A stretch of 64,000 bases of DNA from Chiloscyllium plagiosum (Eukaryota): NCBI RefSeq assembly GCF_004010195.1, contig NC_057719.1, forward strand, positions 3,045,797 through 3,109,796, given 5' to 3'. Positions 1-11,446 of this stretch are shown piece by piece. The notes below the pieces were generated by a model. That model ran no database searches, was not told the origin of the DNA, and worked only from the letters and a program-made list of their open reading frames with translations. The translations under genes and the position numbers were made by a program. The number at the start of each line of letters is the position of its first letter. Position 1 is the stretch's first letter.

Positions 1-857
1 TGATAGTATAGAGGGCTGTTGTAGGCTGCAGCGGGACATTGACAGGATGCAGAGATGGGCTGAGAGGTGGCAGATGGAGTTCAACCTGGATAAATGCGAG
101 GTGATGCATTTTGGAAGGTCGAATTTGAAAGCTGAGTACAGGATTAAGGATAGGATTCTTGGCAGTGTGGAGGAACAGAGGGATCTTGGTGTGCAGGTAC
201 ATAGAACCCTTAAAATGGCCACCCAAGTGGACACGGTTGTTAAGAAAGCATATGGTGTTTTGGCTTTCACTAACATGGGGATTGAGTTTCAGAGTCGTGA
301 GATCTTGTTGCAGCTCTATAAAACTTTGGTTAGACCGCACTTGAATTCTGCGTCCAGTTCTGGTCACCCTATTATAGGAAAGATGTGAATGCTTTGGAGA
401 GGATTCAGAGGAGGTTTACCAGGATGCTGCCTGGACTGGAGGGCTTATCTTATGAAGAGAGGTTGACTGAGCTTGGACTTTTTACATTGGAGAAAAGGAG
501 GAGGAGAGGGGACCTAATTGAGGTATACAAGGTAATGAGAGGCATAAATAGAGTCAATAGCCAGAGACTATTTCCCAGGGCAGAAATGGCTAACACGAGG
601 GGTCATAGTTTTAAGCTGGTTGGAGGAAAGTATAGAGGGGATGTCAGAGGCGGGTTCTTTACACAGAGAGTTGTGAGAGCGTGGAATGCGTTGCCAGCAG
701 CAGTTGTGGAAGCAAGGTCATTGGGGACATCTAAGAGACTGCTGGGCATGCATATGGTCTCAGAAATTTGAGGGTGCATACATGAGGATCAATAGTCGGC
801 ACAACATTGTGGGCTGAAGGGCCTGTTCTGTGCTGTACTGTTCTATGTTCTATGTTA
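1..857 (+). mobile_element. CR1-clade LINE (HER1-like), 3' end of ORF2 plus 3' tail
   Basis: ORFs 47-388 and 385-771 give the CR1 C-terminus (WAERWQMEFNLDKCEVMHFG...LERIQRRFTRMLPGL...FFTQRVVRAWNALP), broken by a frameshift; ends in a TTCTATG-repeat tail. Confidence 0.95.
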
Positions 858-1945
858 TCATCCCTGTGCCTAAGAAGGCTCATGCAACACGTCTTAATGA
901 CTACCACCCAGTGGCCCTAACTTCGGTGGTCATGAAATGCTTTGAAAGGCTGTTCATGGCATTAATCAACTCCAGCCTCCCCACTACTCTTGACCCACTC
1001 CAATTTGCCTATTGGACCAACAGATCCATGTCAGATGCCAAATCGCTTGCCCTTCACTCCTCCCTAGAACATCTTGATACCAAGAACAGCTATGTAAAAA
1101 TCCTACTCAATGACTACAGTTCAGCCTTCAACACTATTATCCCATCGAGACTGATTACTGAACTCAGTGATCTCAGACTAAGCCCCACTCTCTACAACTG
1201 GATCTTCAGTTCCTGACCCATAGGCCACAATAAGTGAAGATTGGGGACAATATTACATCCTCACTAACACTCAACACTGGAACCCCCAGGGGTGCGTACT
1301 CAGCCCCCTACTGTACTCACTGTATACCCATGACTGCATCGCCAAATACCAGACTAATGCCATTTACAAGTTCGCTGATGACACCACCATAGTCGGTTGA
1401 ATCTCAGATGGCGACAAAACAGACTACAGACGGGAGGTGGAAGACTTGGAAAAATGGTGCACTGAGAACAACCTAGCTCTCAATGCTGGCTAAACCAAGG
1501 AACTTATTATTGACTTTCAGCAGGATTTTACTCATGCCCCCCTACATATTAACAGCACAGAGGTGGAACAAGTGCACAAAGGCCAACCTCCCATCTATAG
1601 AATCCATCTACCAGGCCCTCTGTCAAGGAAAGGCCACCAGCATTCTCAAAGATCCATTCCACCCTGGCGATGTTTTGCTACATCCTCTACCATCGGGGAG
1701 AAGGTACAGAAGCCTGAACAAACAGTGCAAAACAGTTTCTACCCAACTGTTTCAGAATACTGAATGGACTCACAAGCCCTTAGCATTCGCCTATACCTGT
1801 GTTTTTGTTTTTGCCGCTGTTTACCTATTACTTACTTATCTATGCTACTTAATTCTGTGATCTGCCTGTTTTGCTCGCAAGTCAAAGCTTTTCACTGCCT
1901 CAGTACATGTGACAATAAATTCAATTCAATTCAATTCAGTTCAGT
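858..1945 (+). mobile_element. Rex1/Babar-type LINE fragment (RT and 3' end, internally deleted)
   Basis: IIPVPKK..LNDYHPVALTSVVMKCFERL..LDPLQFAY..DYSSAFNTI; PQGCVLSP near 1285-1310; KFADD near 1367-1382; LPSGRRYRS; 3' tail AATAAA(TTCAA)n. Confidence 0.9.
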
Positions 1946-2672
1946 CTCCCATGGGGAACCTTATCAAATGCCTTACTGAAGTCCATATGGATCACATCTA
2001 CCGCTCTGCCCTCATCAATCCTCTTTGTTACTTCTTCAAAAAACTCAATCAAGTTTGTGAGACATGATCTCCCACGCACAAAGCCATGTTGACTATCCCA
2101 AATAATGAATATCCTGTCCATCAGGATTCCCTCCAACAACCTGCCCACTACCGACGTCAGTCTCACTGGTCTCCCTGGCTTGTCCTTACCACCTTTCTTA
2201 AATAGTGGCACCATGTTAGGCAACCTCCAGTCTTCCGGCACCTCACCTGTGACTATCAATGATACAAATATCTCAGCAAAGGGCCCAGCAATCACTTCCC
2301 TAGCTTCCCACAGAATTCTAGGGTACACCTGATCAGGTCCTGGGGATTTATCCTGGGGATTTATGCATTTCAAGACATCCAGCACTTCCTCCTCTGTACT
2401 ATGGACATTTTTCAAGACGTCACCATTTATTTCCCTACATTCCATGTCTTCCATGTGCTTTTCCACAGTAAACACTGATGCAAAATACTCGTTTATTATC
2501 TCCGCCATCTCCTGCGCCTCCACACAAAGCCTCCTTGCTGACCTTTGAGGGGTCCTATTCCATCCCCAGTTACCCTTTTGTCCTTAATGTATTTGTAAAA
2601 ACTCTTTGGATTCTCCTTAACTCTATTTGCCAAAGCTATCTCATGTCCCCTTTTTGTCCTCCTGATTTCCCC
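1946..2672 (-). mobile_element. CR1 LINE ORF2 fragment (RT N-terminal half)
   Basis: ORF 1936-2523: KSPGPDQVYPRIL..VPEDWR..PLFKKG..SQHGFVRGRSCLTNLIEFFEEVT..MDFSKAFDKVPHGRL. Confidence 0.93.
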
Positions 2673-3269
2673 TGATTAAAAAATATACCTGTGTGTTATT
2701 TCTATGTTTTATTCACCATGGTTCACAGGTAAAGCGTATATTGAAAATATTAGCATGAATACATTGTGGCACCCAGAGTGATCCTATTGTCCATCAATGA
2801 GTCATGACATCAGCAAAAGCCAGACTTCTTGGTTAGGTCACTTGCATTCTAGCCCAACCAGCTAAATTAATGCAATTCCAATAGCATATGATTGATGCAG
2901 TTTGGAAGAGAGTTGAGTCAGACCTTTGGAGAGCTTCAGTCAGTAGTAACCTTATTATCCTTTGTCAGAACAAAGCCTAGAATATTCAGTCTGGCCTTGA
3001 AAGCGACATTGTTCACTTGCATATCTCAAAGGGATTCTTCAATATTAAAATCAAGATGTAAAAGGCTCCAGTGCAGTTCCGTGTTCAAAGCAGGAATGCT
3101 TTTTATGATTCCTTGTATGATTCTAGTTCAACAAGCAAAGAAACACTTTCTCAATTTCAAACAGGTGAATTTAAACAAGTTTGAATTTTAACTGTCTGAG
3201 GGGTTGGGTGTTGATTGAGTTAAAATTGGATGCCCAGGTTCTGTAAGTGTAGAGTCATCTGTTAGTGAA

Positions 3270-3600
3270 TGACTAGTGCTCTTGTTTCTGAGGCCAAATG
3301 CTCTGGCTTCAAATCTTCTGACATTCGGTGTAGTACTGACGAGGTGCAGATGAGATATTGAACCCGTTTGAAAATGTATTTGGCTTTATGGCACTGTTTT
3401 GAAGAACTGTAAAGGGGATCATTCTGGTGTCCTGGCTAATATTTATCCTTCAACCCACACCATGGAAAAAAAAGTTTATCTGACCTTTATCACATTACTG
3501 TGTGTGGGAACTTATGGTGGGCAAATTGATGCTGTACTTGCAAAATTACAACAGTTAATGACTATATTCAAATATAGCCTAATTCATCTAATGATGGATT
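3270..3600 (+). mobile_element. Old Deu-domain SINE (SacSINE1-like)
   Basis: GGTGTCCTGGCTAATATTTATCCTTCAACC...TTATCACATTACTGTGTGTGGGAACTT; the same block recurs at about 6040-6780, 25470-25710, 45350-45530 and 48097-48480; family name from recall. Confidence 0.6.
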
Positions 3601-3674
3601 CTCCTGAAGGGAATTTGAAGGTCCAGGAATAATCAGGTTGCAGGGGTGAATTTTTTTTTCTGTTTCCGCAAATA

Positions 3675-3860
3675 ACCTACACCCCCCCACTTTCTCCAGC
3701 ATCTATAGCAACCTTTCCCTAACCACAATCAGTTTGGAAGGAGGGTCACTGGACCTGAAACATTAACTCTGATTTCTCTCCGCAGACCTGCTGATGATTT
3801 CCAGCAATTCTTGATTTTGTTTCTAATTTCCAGCATCTGCATTTCTTTGGTGTTTTGTTA
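3675..3860 (+). mobile_element. Penelope-like terminal-repeat fragment, family C (degenerate hammerhead)
   Basis: GGGTCACTGGACCTGAAACATTAACTCTGATTTCTCTCC...CAGCATCTGCA, shared with copies at 8990, 25900 and 31530. Confidence 0.7.
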
Positions 3861-4114
3861 AATTTTTTTTGTTAGTTTTTACAAATTGTGTAAGATTACA
3901 GGTCAAAGGAGACCAGGAGCCAGTAAAAAGTCTGGAAAATTATATCAGCAGCAGGTTCCTGAGGACATATGACTAGGCCTTATTGGCTTTGACAGTAGAT
4001 GAAATCAAAGATTTGATTTGTTTTGGATTTGATTTATTTATTGTGATGTGTATTTTATGGTACAAAAATACAACAAAATACAGTGAAAAGCTTTCATTCG
4101 TCACCATGCTAAGT

Positions 4115-4452
4115 AGAGGCGATGACCTAGTGATATTATTGCTGGACTATTAATCAAGAAACCAAGGTAATGTCCTGGAGATCCAGTTCAAATTCTGCCA
4201 CAGTGGGAATTTGAATTCAATAATAATCTGGAATTAAGAGTTTAATGGTGACAATGATTCTTTTCTCAGGAAAAACCAGTCTGGGTCAATAATGCCCTTT
4301 CAGGAAGGAAATCTGCCATCCTTACCTGGTCTGACCTACATGTGATTCCAGACCCACAGCAATATGATTGATTCTTATCTGCCCTCTGGGTAATTAGAGA
4401 TGGGCATTAAATGCTGACTTAGCCAGCGATGTCCTCATCCCATGAATGAATA
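4115..4452 (+). mobile_element. tRNA-derived SINE, second family, with LINE-derived tail
   Basis: tRNA-like head GAGGCGATGACCTAGTGATATT..AGTTCAAATTC; tail GATGGGCATTAAATGCTG..CATCCCATGAATGAAT shared with LINE tails at 6480-6535 and 58260-58320. Confidence 0.8.
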
Positions 4453-4931
4453 TGATAAAAATATTGATAGTTTAAGAATAAGAGAAAAAATTAAAAGGGG
4501 TAGCTTAAGGAGAAGTCCATTTACGTACGAAGTCTGAGACAGCTCAGAACAACCACAGTCAGTGCCAGACCCAACCAATGACAAAGTGACCGATTTTCAG
4601 GTGCCATCATCCACCACTGGGCCTGTGGCTCTGATGTCACCTCCTTCAGTGTACCAGGCACTGATTCCAGGGTCTTGTGCTCACCTCAGACAAGTAAATA
4701 AGGGTTCACTCTCCCCCCAAGCTGGGCTCGCTGTCCTCCACACAAAGTGGCTGTGACCTGAGGTTTGAGAACTTGAATGAAAACATGACCAGTTGCAGTC
4801 TTCAATTGCAAACAAATGAGCAAGGACTCATACAACAACATACAACAGCCACGAATAACGTACAACATGCGATTCCTCCCACACAACCAGTAATCCGCAT
4901 CCATCAGCCTGTTCCAATATCCCTTTATTCT

Positions 4932-5393
4932 GTTGTTGTGGTTCTGTTCGCCGAGCTGGAAGTTTTTGTTGCAAACGTTTCGTCCCCTGGCTAGGCGACA
5001 TCATCAGTGCTTGGGAGCCTCCTGCGAAGCGCTTCTTTGATGTTTCCTCCGCTGTTTATAGTGGCTTGTCCCTGCCGCTTCCGGTTGTCAGTTTCAGCTG
5101 TCCGCTGTAGTGGTTGGTATATTGGGTCCAGGTCGATGTGTTTGTTGATGGAGTTTGTGGATGAATGCCATGCCTCTAGGAATTCCTGGCTGTTCTCTGT
5201 CTGGCTTGCCCTATGGTAGTAGTGTTGTCCCAGTCGTATTCATGTTGCTTGTTGTCTGCGTGTGTGGCTACTAAGGATAGCTGTTCGTGTCGTTTCGTGG
5301 CTAGTTGATGTTCATGTATGCGGATTGTTAGCTGTCTTCCTGTTTGTCCTATATAGTGTTTTGTGCAGTCCTTGCATGGTATTTTGTACACTA
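4932..5393 (-). mobile_element. Penelope-like element 3' fragment (GIY-YIG endonuclease), family A
   Basis: ORF 5176-5391 YKIPCKDCTKHYIGQTGRQLTIRIHEH is a GIY-YIG motif; 11-bp TSD CCCTTTATTCT at 4921-4931 and 5394-5404. Confidence 0.92.
4971..5010 (-). ncRNA. Minimal type-I hammerhead ribozyme motif (family A)
   Basis: Minus strand gca-CTGATGA-T-GTCGCC-TAGCCA-GGGGAC-GAAAC-GTT-tgc: intact core, stem II with one mismatch, 3-bp stem I. Confidence 0.8.
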
Positions 5394-6039
5394 CCCTTTA
5401 TTCTCTCTTGCTGTCAGCCACCAATCTAAAATATTTTTAAATGCTGAACTGCTCTCCACTTCAATCAGTAACTCCCCCAGTGAATACCACAAATTTGTTT
5501 CCACAAAGTTGTTTTTCCACATTTAATCTTCCAGCTATCAAGTCATGTTGGCCTCAAATATCTGAATGTCACTAGTACAGGTGGATACTTACCAAAATTC
5601 TGACCTTGATGAAGATTGATTGATCAAGATATTTTAATGCATTGAATTGAGGACTCGAATTGGGAGGCTGTCATTAGCTCTTTCAGAATATGGGTCGAAT
5701 GTTTGTAGAGTGTTTAAAGTGCCCAGAAAGCTGTTGGAAATGTACAATCTGTGTAGTAAATGCATAATTGTAAGTGGCATTTAATCTTACACAAACGTGA
5801 TTTGCATTCCTGAGAGTTTGGAAGATTATGGGTTGATCTAATTGAGTCCTTAAAATAATGAAAGGGCTTGATTAGCCTGATACTATAAAAAGGTGGTGGA
5901 GGAAGCGAGGCCAGTGGAATCTTAAACTTGGAGCCGGGTCATTTCAGTGTGAAATCGTGCATTTCACACAGTGGTGTTGGGATTTGGAATTAACCATCTC
6001 CAAAAGTCAGTGGGTGCTTCAATCATTGATGTTTTCAAG

Positions 6040-6780
6040 ACCTTTACATTATATAGGCTGTGACAAGATTCAATCCAAGTCTAAGACTGAAGTGAAAAAA
6101 AACTGCACTGACATTCTTGCACAGTGCTGAATGAGTGCTGCACTGCTGGACGCCCTGTTTTTCAGTCGAGGTGATACACTGAAGTCTCCAAACAACGTTC
6201 TCTTTCCAGTGTTCCACACCCACGGCTCCTGGCATCAACTTCCTGTTCCAGAGGTCGCTGCCTGCTTTGGGCCTCAGGAGGTGCTGTGTAGCTAGGAGGA
6301 AGATGAGAAGGTACCCGGCCCTACTCTGTCAAGTCATACACGATCAGATTTGAAATATCTCTTCATTCCTTCATGGTTAGTTCCTGGAACACCCTTCCCA
6401 CCAGCACTGTAGGTGTCATTGCACCCCAGGGAATACAGCAGTTCAAGATAACAGCTCACCTCCACTTTTTCAAGAGCAATTAGGGATGGGCGATAAATGC
6501 TGGCCCAGCTAGTGACATCCACATCCCATGAACAAAAACAAAAAGGCCCATCTTCCCCTCTCTGAGGGACGTAAAAGACTCCTTGGCACTCTTTCCAAAC
6601 TCTTGTCCCTCAATCTAAACCACAAAATATATTCATTATTACATTGCTGTTTGTGGGAGCTTAAGTACCAATTAGCTGCTGCTTTTCCAACATTACAACT
6701 TCAAAGCACTTAGTTGGACAGATTGTGTTTTAAGACATGGTTGTTGTGAAGGCTGTATATAATTTAAAGTCTTCCCTTTT
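6040..6780 (+). mobile_element. Old Deu-domain SINE interrupted by a LINE 3' tail (about 6355-6540)
   Basis: GTGCTGAATGAGTGCTGCACTG..TTATTACATTGCTGTTTGTGGGAGCTT; insert ends GATGGGCGATAAATGCTGGCCCAG..CATCCCATGAAC. Confidence 0.6.
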
Positions 6781-7127
6781 TGTGGATTGATAAGATTGGC
6801 ATTATTAGGGGAAGTGGATCACGGGATATCATTCAGGAGTATAGGAAATAAGAGAGAAATTGACAATATCATTTGTGCATTAGGAAGAAAATGTTGGCAG
6901 TAGACATTCAATGGGCTGAAGGGCCTCTTGTGTACCATGTGATTCTATGAAACTCTGTGAGCATGGGAAAAGTAGCAGATTGCAAAGAGACATTTATGTA
7001 GCACCTTTAATGCAGTAAAACCTCCAAAGGCATTTCACAGGAACTTTACCAAACACAACCTGAGTGGTACAGATGACCAAGAGCTAACTTAAAGTTGCAG
7101 GTTCTAAGGAACATGATGGATAAGGTG

Positions 7128-7503
7128 GAGAGGTAGAACGGTTGAGTGAAGGAATTTCAGAACTTTGGGCAGCATCAGCTGATGTGGTGGGGGAGTGCTG
7201 AAATCTCGGAAAGTAGTAGGGCACACAAAACGTAAGCAACTGGAAGAAACAAACTAGTAAAGTAAAGGATGGCGAAAATCTGAAATTAAAAGACAAAATG
7301 CTGGAAATTGTCAGTGAGAGGTAGAACGGTTGAGTGAAGGAATTTCAGAACTTTGGGCAGCATCAGCTGATGTGGTGGGGGAGTGCTGAAATCTCGGAAA
7401 GTAGTAGGGCACACAAAATGTAAGCAACTGGAAGAAACAAACTAGTAAAGTAAAGGATGGCGAAAATCTGAAATCAAAAGACAAAATGCTGGAAATTGTC
7501 AGT
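7128..7503 (+). repeat. Tandem duplication, 2 x 188 bp
   Basis: Units 7128-7315 and 7316-7503 both start GAGAGGTAGAACGG; two substitutions seen. Confidence 0.95.
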
Positions 7504-7954
7504 GGGTCAGACACCATCTGTGGAAAGAGGAAGAGAGTTAATATTTCAGGTTAATCTTTTCAGACATCTTGTCACAGCTGGGAAACATTTGAGGCTCTTG
7601 TTTTTGGCAAATGTTAAAGGGAAACGTGGAAGATATGTGAAAGGGTTTTTGCAAATCCCTCCATGGTCTCACTCATCACTGTCTTTGAAATCACCTTTAG
7701 CACCAAAACCGTTTGAGATAATTATGTTAACTAATTCTGCCCGGTAGAGTATCATGGATTTTAATTTTCCCATTACCGGTGGTCATGCCATCAAATGCTT
7801 GGGCTCTAAACTCTGGAATTCCTTCCCTATAACTATTACCTCTCTACCCGTCACTATTCCTTTAACGTGCACCTTATATCAACCTCTTTAAGCAAGCTTA
7901 CGGTGCATCTGATTTCATAATCTCACATGTGCCTCAGTGTCACATTCTATTATG

Positions 7955-8506
7955 ATGTGGAGGTGCCAGTGTTGGACTGGGTTGAACAGTGTCAGAAGTC
8001 ACATGACACCAGGTTATTGTTTATTAGAAATCACAAGCTTTCTGTGCGCTGTTCCTTCATCAGGTGAAGTGGAGGGAATTGCACAGGCACGGAATTTATA
8101 GGTAGAAAGATAATGGTAAATAATTCCAGGTAATTAAGAGTGTCAAAAGATAGCAAGTGAAGGGGATGACCTATGAACTGACTAATTAAGGCAAAGAGAT
8201 AATTACAAATTATTAGTTAATCTGTTCCTAGGTCATCCCTTCATTTGCTATTCAGCTGTTGACACTTTACTCACACCGTCTGACACTTTTGATCAGCTGC
8301 AGAGACTTGTTATTCAGCCTGTCGACAGTCCACTCACACCATTTGTACTATCTTTTGGCAATTAATTACCTAGAATTATCTTACAATTAAATCTCTGCCA
8401 ATAAATTCTATGCCCATGCACTTCCTTCTACTTCACCTGAGCATTCCAAACCCTTGAAATTTCAAATAAACCTGTTGGACTATAACCTGGTGTCTCGGGA
8501 CCTCTG
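7955..8506. mobile_element. Penelope-like foldback element, family D
   Basis: Inverted ends (GTCAGAAGTCACATGACACCAGGTTAT / ATAACCTGGTGTCTCGGGACCTCTGAC); minus-strand CTGATGAAGGAAC..GAAAGCTT at 8035-8063; imperfect 13-bp TSD at 7942-7954 and 8507-8519. Confidence 0.75.
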
Positions 8507-8869
8507 ACATTCTGCTATGCATTCATCCTACAGAAATCCTTGTGATGTTTTAATGTATTAAATATTGTTACAACCAAGTTGAGAACAGTGAAAATGTTCC
8601 TCCCTTTCCATTGTTGAGTTTGGTAAGAAGGGAATTTGTTTTCTTTTTAAATATGTGATTATGTAATTCAATATGTGCACGAACGTGTATAACCATATAA
8701 AGAAATAAGCCAAACAGATCTCTCAAGTTAACAAAAATAGCGAATGACATTAATTTTATAACTAACTCAGATAAATTATAGTTATTAAAAAGCCAAAACC
8801 TGTCCTGTGTCCGTTGACATGCACAAACATACAAGCACACTAGAAACAGACAAACCTATAATGCTAGTT

Positions 8870-9092
8870 AAAAATTGAAAGAATTACAAATGCTGTAAAT
8901 CAGAAATAAAGCAGAAATTGCAAGAAAAACTCAGCAGGTTTGGCAGTATCTGTGGAGAGAAATTAGAGTTAACGTTTCAGGTCCAGTGACAAGTTCTGAG
9001 GAAGGGTCACTCAAAACGAAACGTTAACTCTGATTTCTCTCCACAGATGCCACCAGATCTGCTGAGCTTTTCCTGAAATTTTTGTTTCCGTT
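8870..9092. mobile_element. Penelope-like foldback mini-element, family C
   Basis: Inverted arms around 8990; CTGAGGAAGGGTC..GAAACGTT at 8996-9025 with damaged stem II; TSD TATA(A/C)TGCTAGTT at 8857-8869 and 9093-9105. Confidence 0.8.
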
Positions 9093-9941
9093 TATACTGC
9101 TAGTTGTTTCCAAGTGGGGCTTCAATCATGTGACAGGTGGCTATTGGCACTCAATGGTGACTTCTCTCTCCCATTGTCAAAGCTGTCATGGTGTCATTGA
9201 GACAGAAGGGGGTACTTAGCACCCTCTTTGCAAAGAGAGTTTGTGTTGACATTGTCCTTAGCAGTTTGTGTTGTGATTTTTTTTTCTGGGAATTTAAATG
9301 TGAGATTCTGCTGAGCAGCTGCCCTGGCCTGTGTCCATAAACTCAAATTCTGAGACTTCACAAAACTTGGCCAACTTGTTAGTCAGGTGACCTCTATGGC
9401 CATTTTTAAAATGGTAACTTTGCAGATCGAGTTGTTTTTAAAAGAAAACAAGGCATTATATCAGCTGATGAAAACTAAAGTGTTTTTATTGCACACGACA
9501 CACTATTGTGACAGTAGAAGTTGTTGTCCCTGATTTCCCTACAGAATAAAATTTATCAATCTCAGTTCCAAATGAAAAGGAACCAATGAAGCATCCACAA
9601 CTCTCTGGTGTACAGAGGTTCAAAGGTTTACAAGCCTCTGAGTTTCTTCTTATCTCAGAGCTAAATAATTCATTATCCTGATGCTGTGACTAGTTCTGAA
9701 TGCACCCTTCAATGTCGATATCTTTTGACTCCAAACACCCTTTACTGATCCATTCCTTTTGAAAAATAAACTACTTAATGAAATAGGGGCTTAGTCCTCA
9801 GTACAAACCCATTGACGCCATCTTCCAGTGACTATGTATCACTGAACCTCCTACTTCAATGATACGTTTCTATTCACACAGCCACCTTGGTAGATAGTCC
9901 AGTTCTGCTGACACTGGCTCAGAATCCTTCCACTCTATGTG

Positions 9942-10285
9942 GAATCATAGAATCCCTACAACATGGAACCAGGCCATTCGAGTCCACGCCAACCCTCTGA
10001 AGTGCTTCCTACCCAAACCCACCACATACATGTACCCTGCATTTCCCATGGTGAACCCACCTAGCCTGCACATCCCTGAACATTATGGGCAATTTAGCTT
10101 GGCCAATCCACCCTGATCTGCACATCTTTCGACTGTGGGAGGAAACCGGAACACCCGATGGAAGACCACGCAGACACGGGGAGAACATGCAAACTCCACA
10201 CGGACAGTTGCCCGGGACTGGAATCAAACCTGGGTCTCTAGCGCTGTGAGGTAGCAGTGCTAACCACTGAGCCATCAGGCTGCCC
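9942..10285 (-). mobile_element. HE1-type V-SINE (tRNA-derived)
   Basis: A box TGGCTCAGTGG, B box GGTTTGATTCC, V-domain GGAGTTTGCATGTTCTCCCCGTGTCTGCGTGG, HER1-like tail. Confidence 0.9.
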
Positions 10286-10715
10286 AGTTTGTCTGATCCC
10301 TACATTTCCAAAGGTTACATGTTGGGTAACTTTGCAGTGTTAAGAGACAACTTTCCACAATTGCTCCAAGGAATTTGTAGCAAAAATATCATTCATCGGT
10401 TGTGAGTATCAGTAGCTGGACCTAGCATTTATTGTTCTGACTAGTTTGCCCTTGAAAGGTTGGTGATAAGCTGCCTTCTCGAACCTCTGAGGGGTGTAGT
10501 GACATATAGTGCTGTTCAGAAAAGAGTCCCGGATTTTGACCAGATGATAGCCAAGGGACAGTGATATAATTTACCTTCTACCCCCAACCCCCAACCCCCA
10601 ACAGGAAGTTCCATATTCAGAAAGATTCCTGATGCTAACAATCTCTATACTCCTCCTTAGCAACAATCATTCTCTTTCTGCTGTTGATGAAGAGAAGCAC
10701 AGACTACTGAACTAT

Positions 10716-11446
10716 AGAATAGAATTGCAATTTATTGTCACGTATATTTTTACTTGAAACTACAGTGAAAGGTTTTATAAGCCATCCCTCCAAGCGCCTA
10801 CATCAGTGACAGAAGTCAGACATTATAAAGAAAGGTAAAATTAAGACAAAATTCATTACATACCAGCTAACAGCTCCTGGCAGGGGGAAAAGCTGATTAA
10901 GGAACGATGGAATATCCTGAAGATGCAGCTGGGATGAGACAGCCAAGCAGGGGTCGCTGAACACTAGGCTGGAAGCCTCCACTGAAGAAGACCGCCATTC
11001 TGGGCCGAGGCCTCCACTCCTGGAGGGACTGTCTGCCAGGCAGTTGGAATACCTGGATGCCAAAGATGAAGAAGACCACCACAACGGGATGAGATCTCCA
11101 TGCTGGGATGAGACCGCATTTCACCTCCTTCAGGCACCCGGGCCTAGCTGCAGCTGTGTAGTCTCGGCCTAGCTTAAGGGTCCGGGCCCTGGGAGTCAGG
11201 CCGGGACCTGGCCCTTGCTTACCGGGAGACCCCAGACTGGAGTGTGGCCATGTCTGTCTCAGCCTGGTGTTGATGCTGCTGCCATTGGAGGCCTCCTCCT
11301 TCACCTGCTTCTGGCTTAAAAGAAAATAAAGAAAAAATGAAAAAAATAAGCACAAAAGTGAAAAAAGGAGAAAGAATGCCGACAGGGGTGCAGATGAACT
11401 CTGGCCTCAACACCACCACCCCACCCACCAACTTTGCTGCCATCTT
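10716..11446 (-). mobile_element. Probable non-autonomous retroposon with a Rex1-like 3' tail
   Basis: Minus strand starts AAGATGGCAGC, has a pyrimidine-rich then GC-rich body, and ends TTTCACTGTA..GTGACAATAAAT..(ATTCT)n like the Rex tails at 1890-1945 and 44413-44470. Confidence 0.5.

Noticed and set aside
8566..9513. Possible old solo LTR (TGTTACA...TGTGACA)
   Set aside because: Flanks ATAT and GTAG do not form a convincing TSD and promoter signals are unclear; left uncalled
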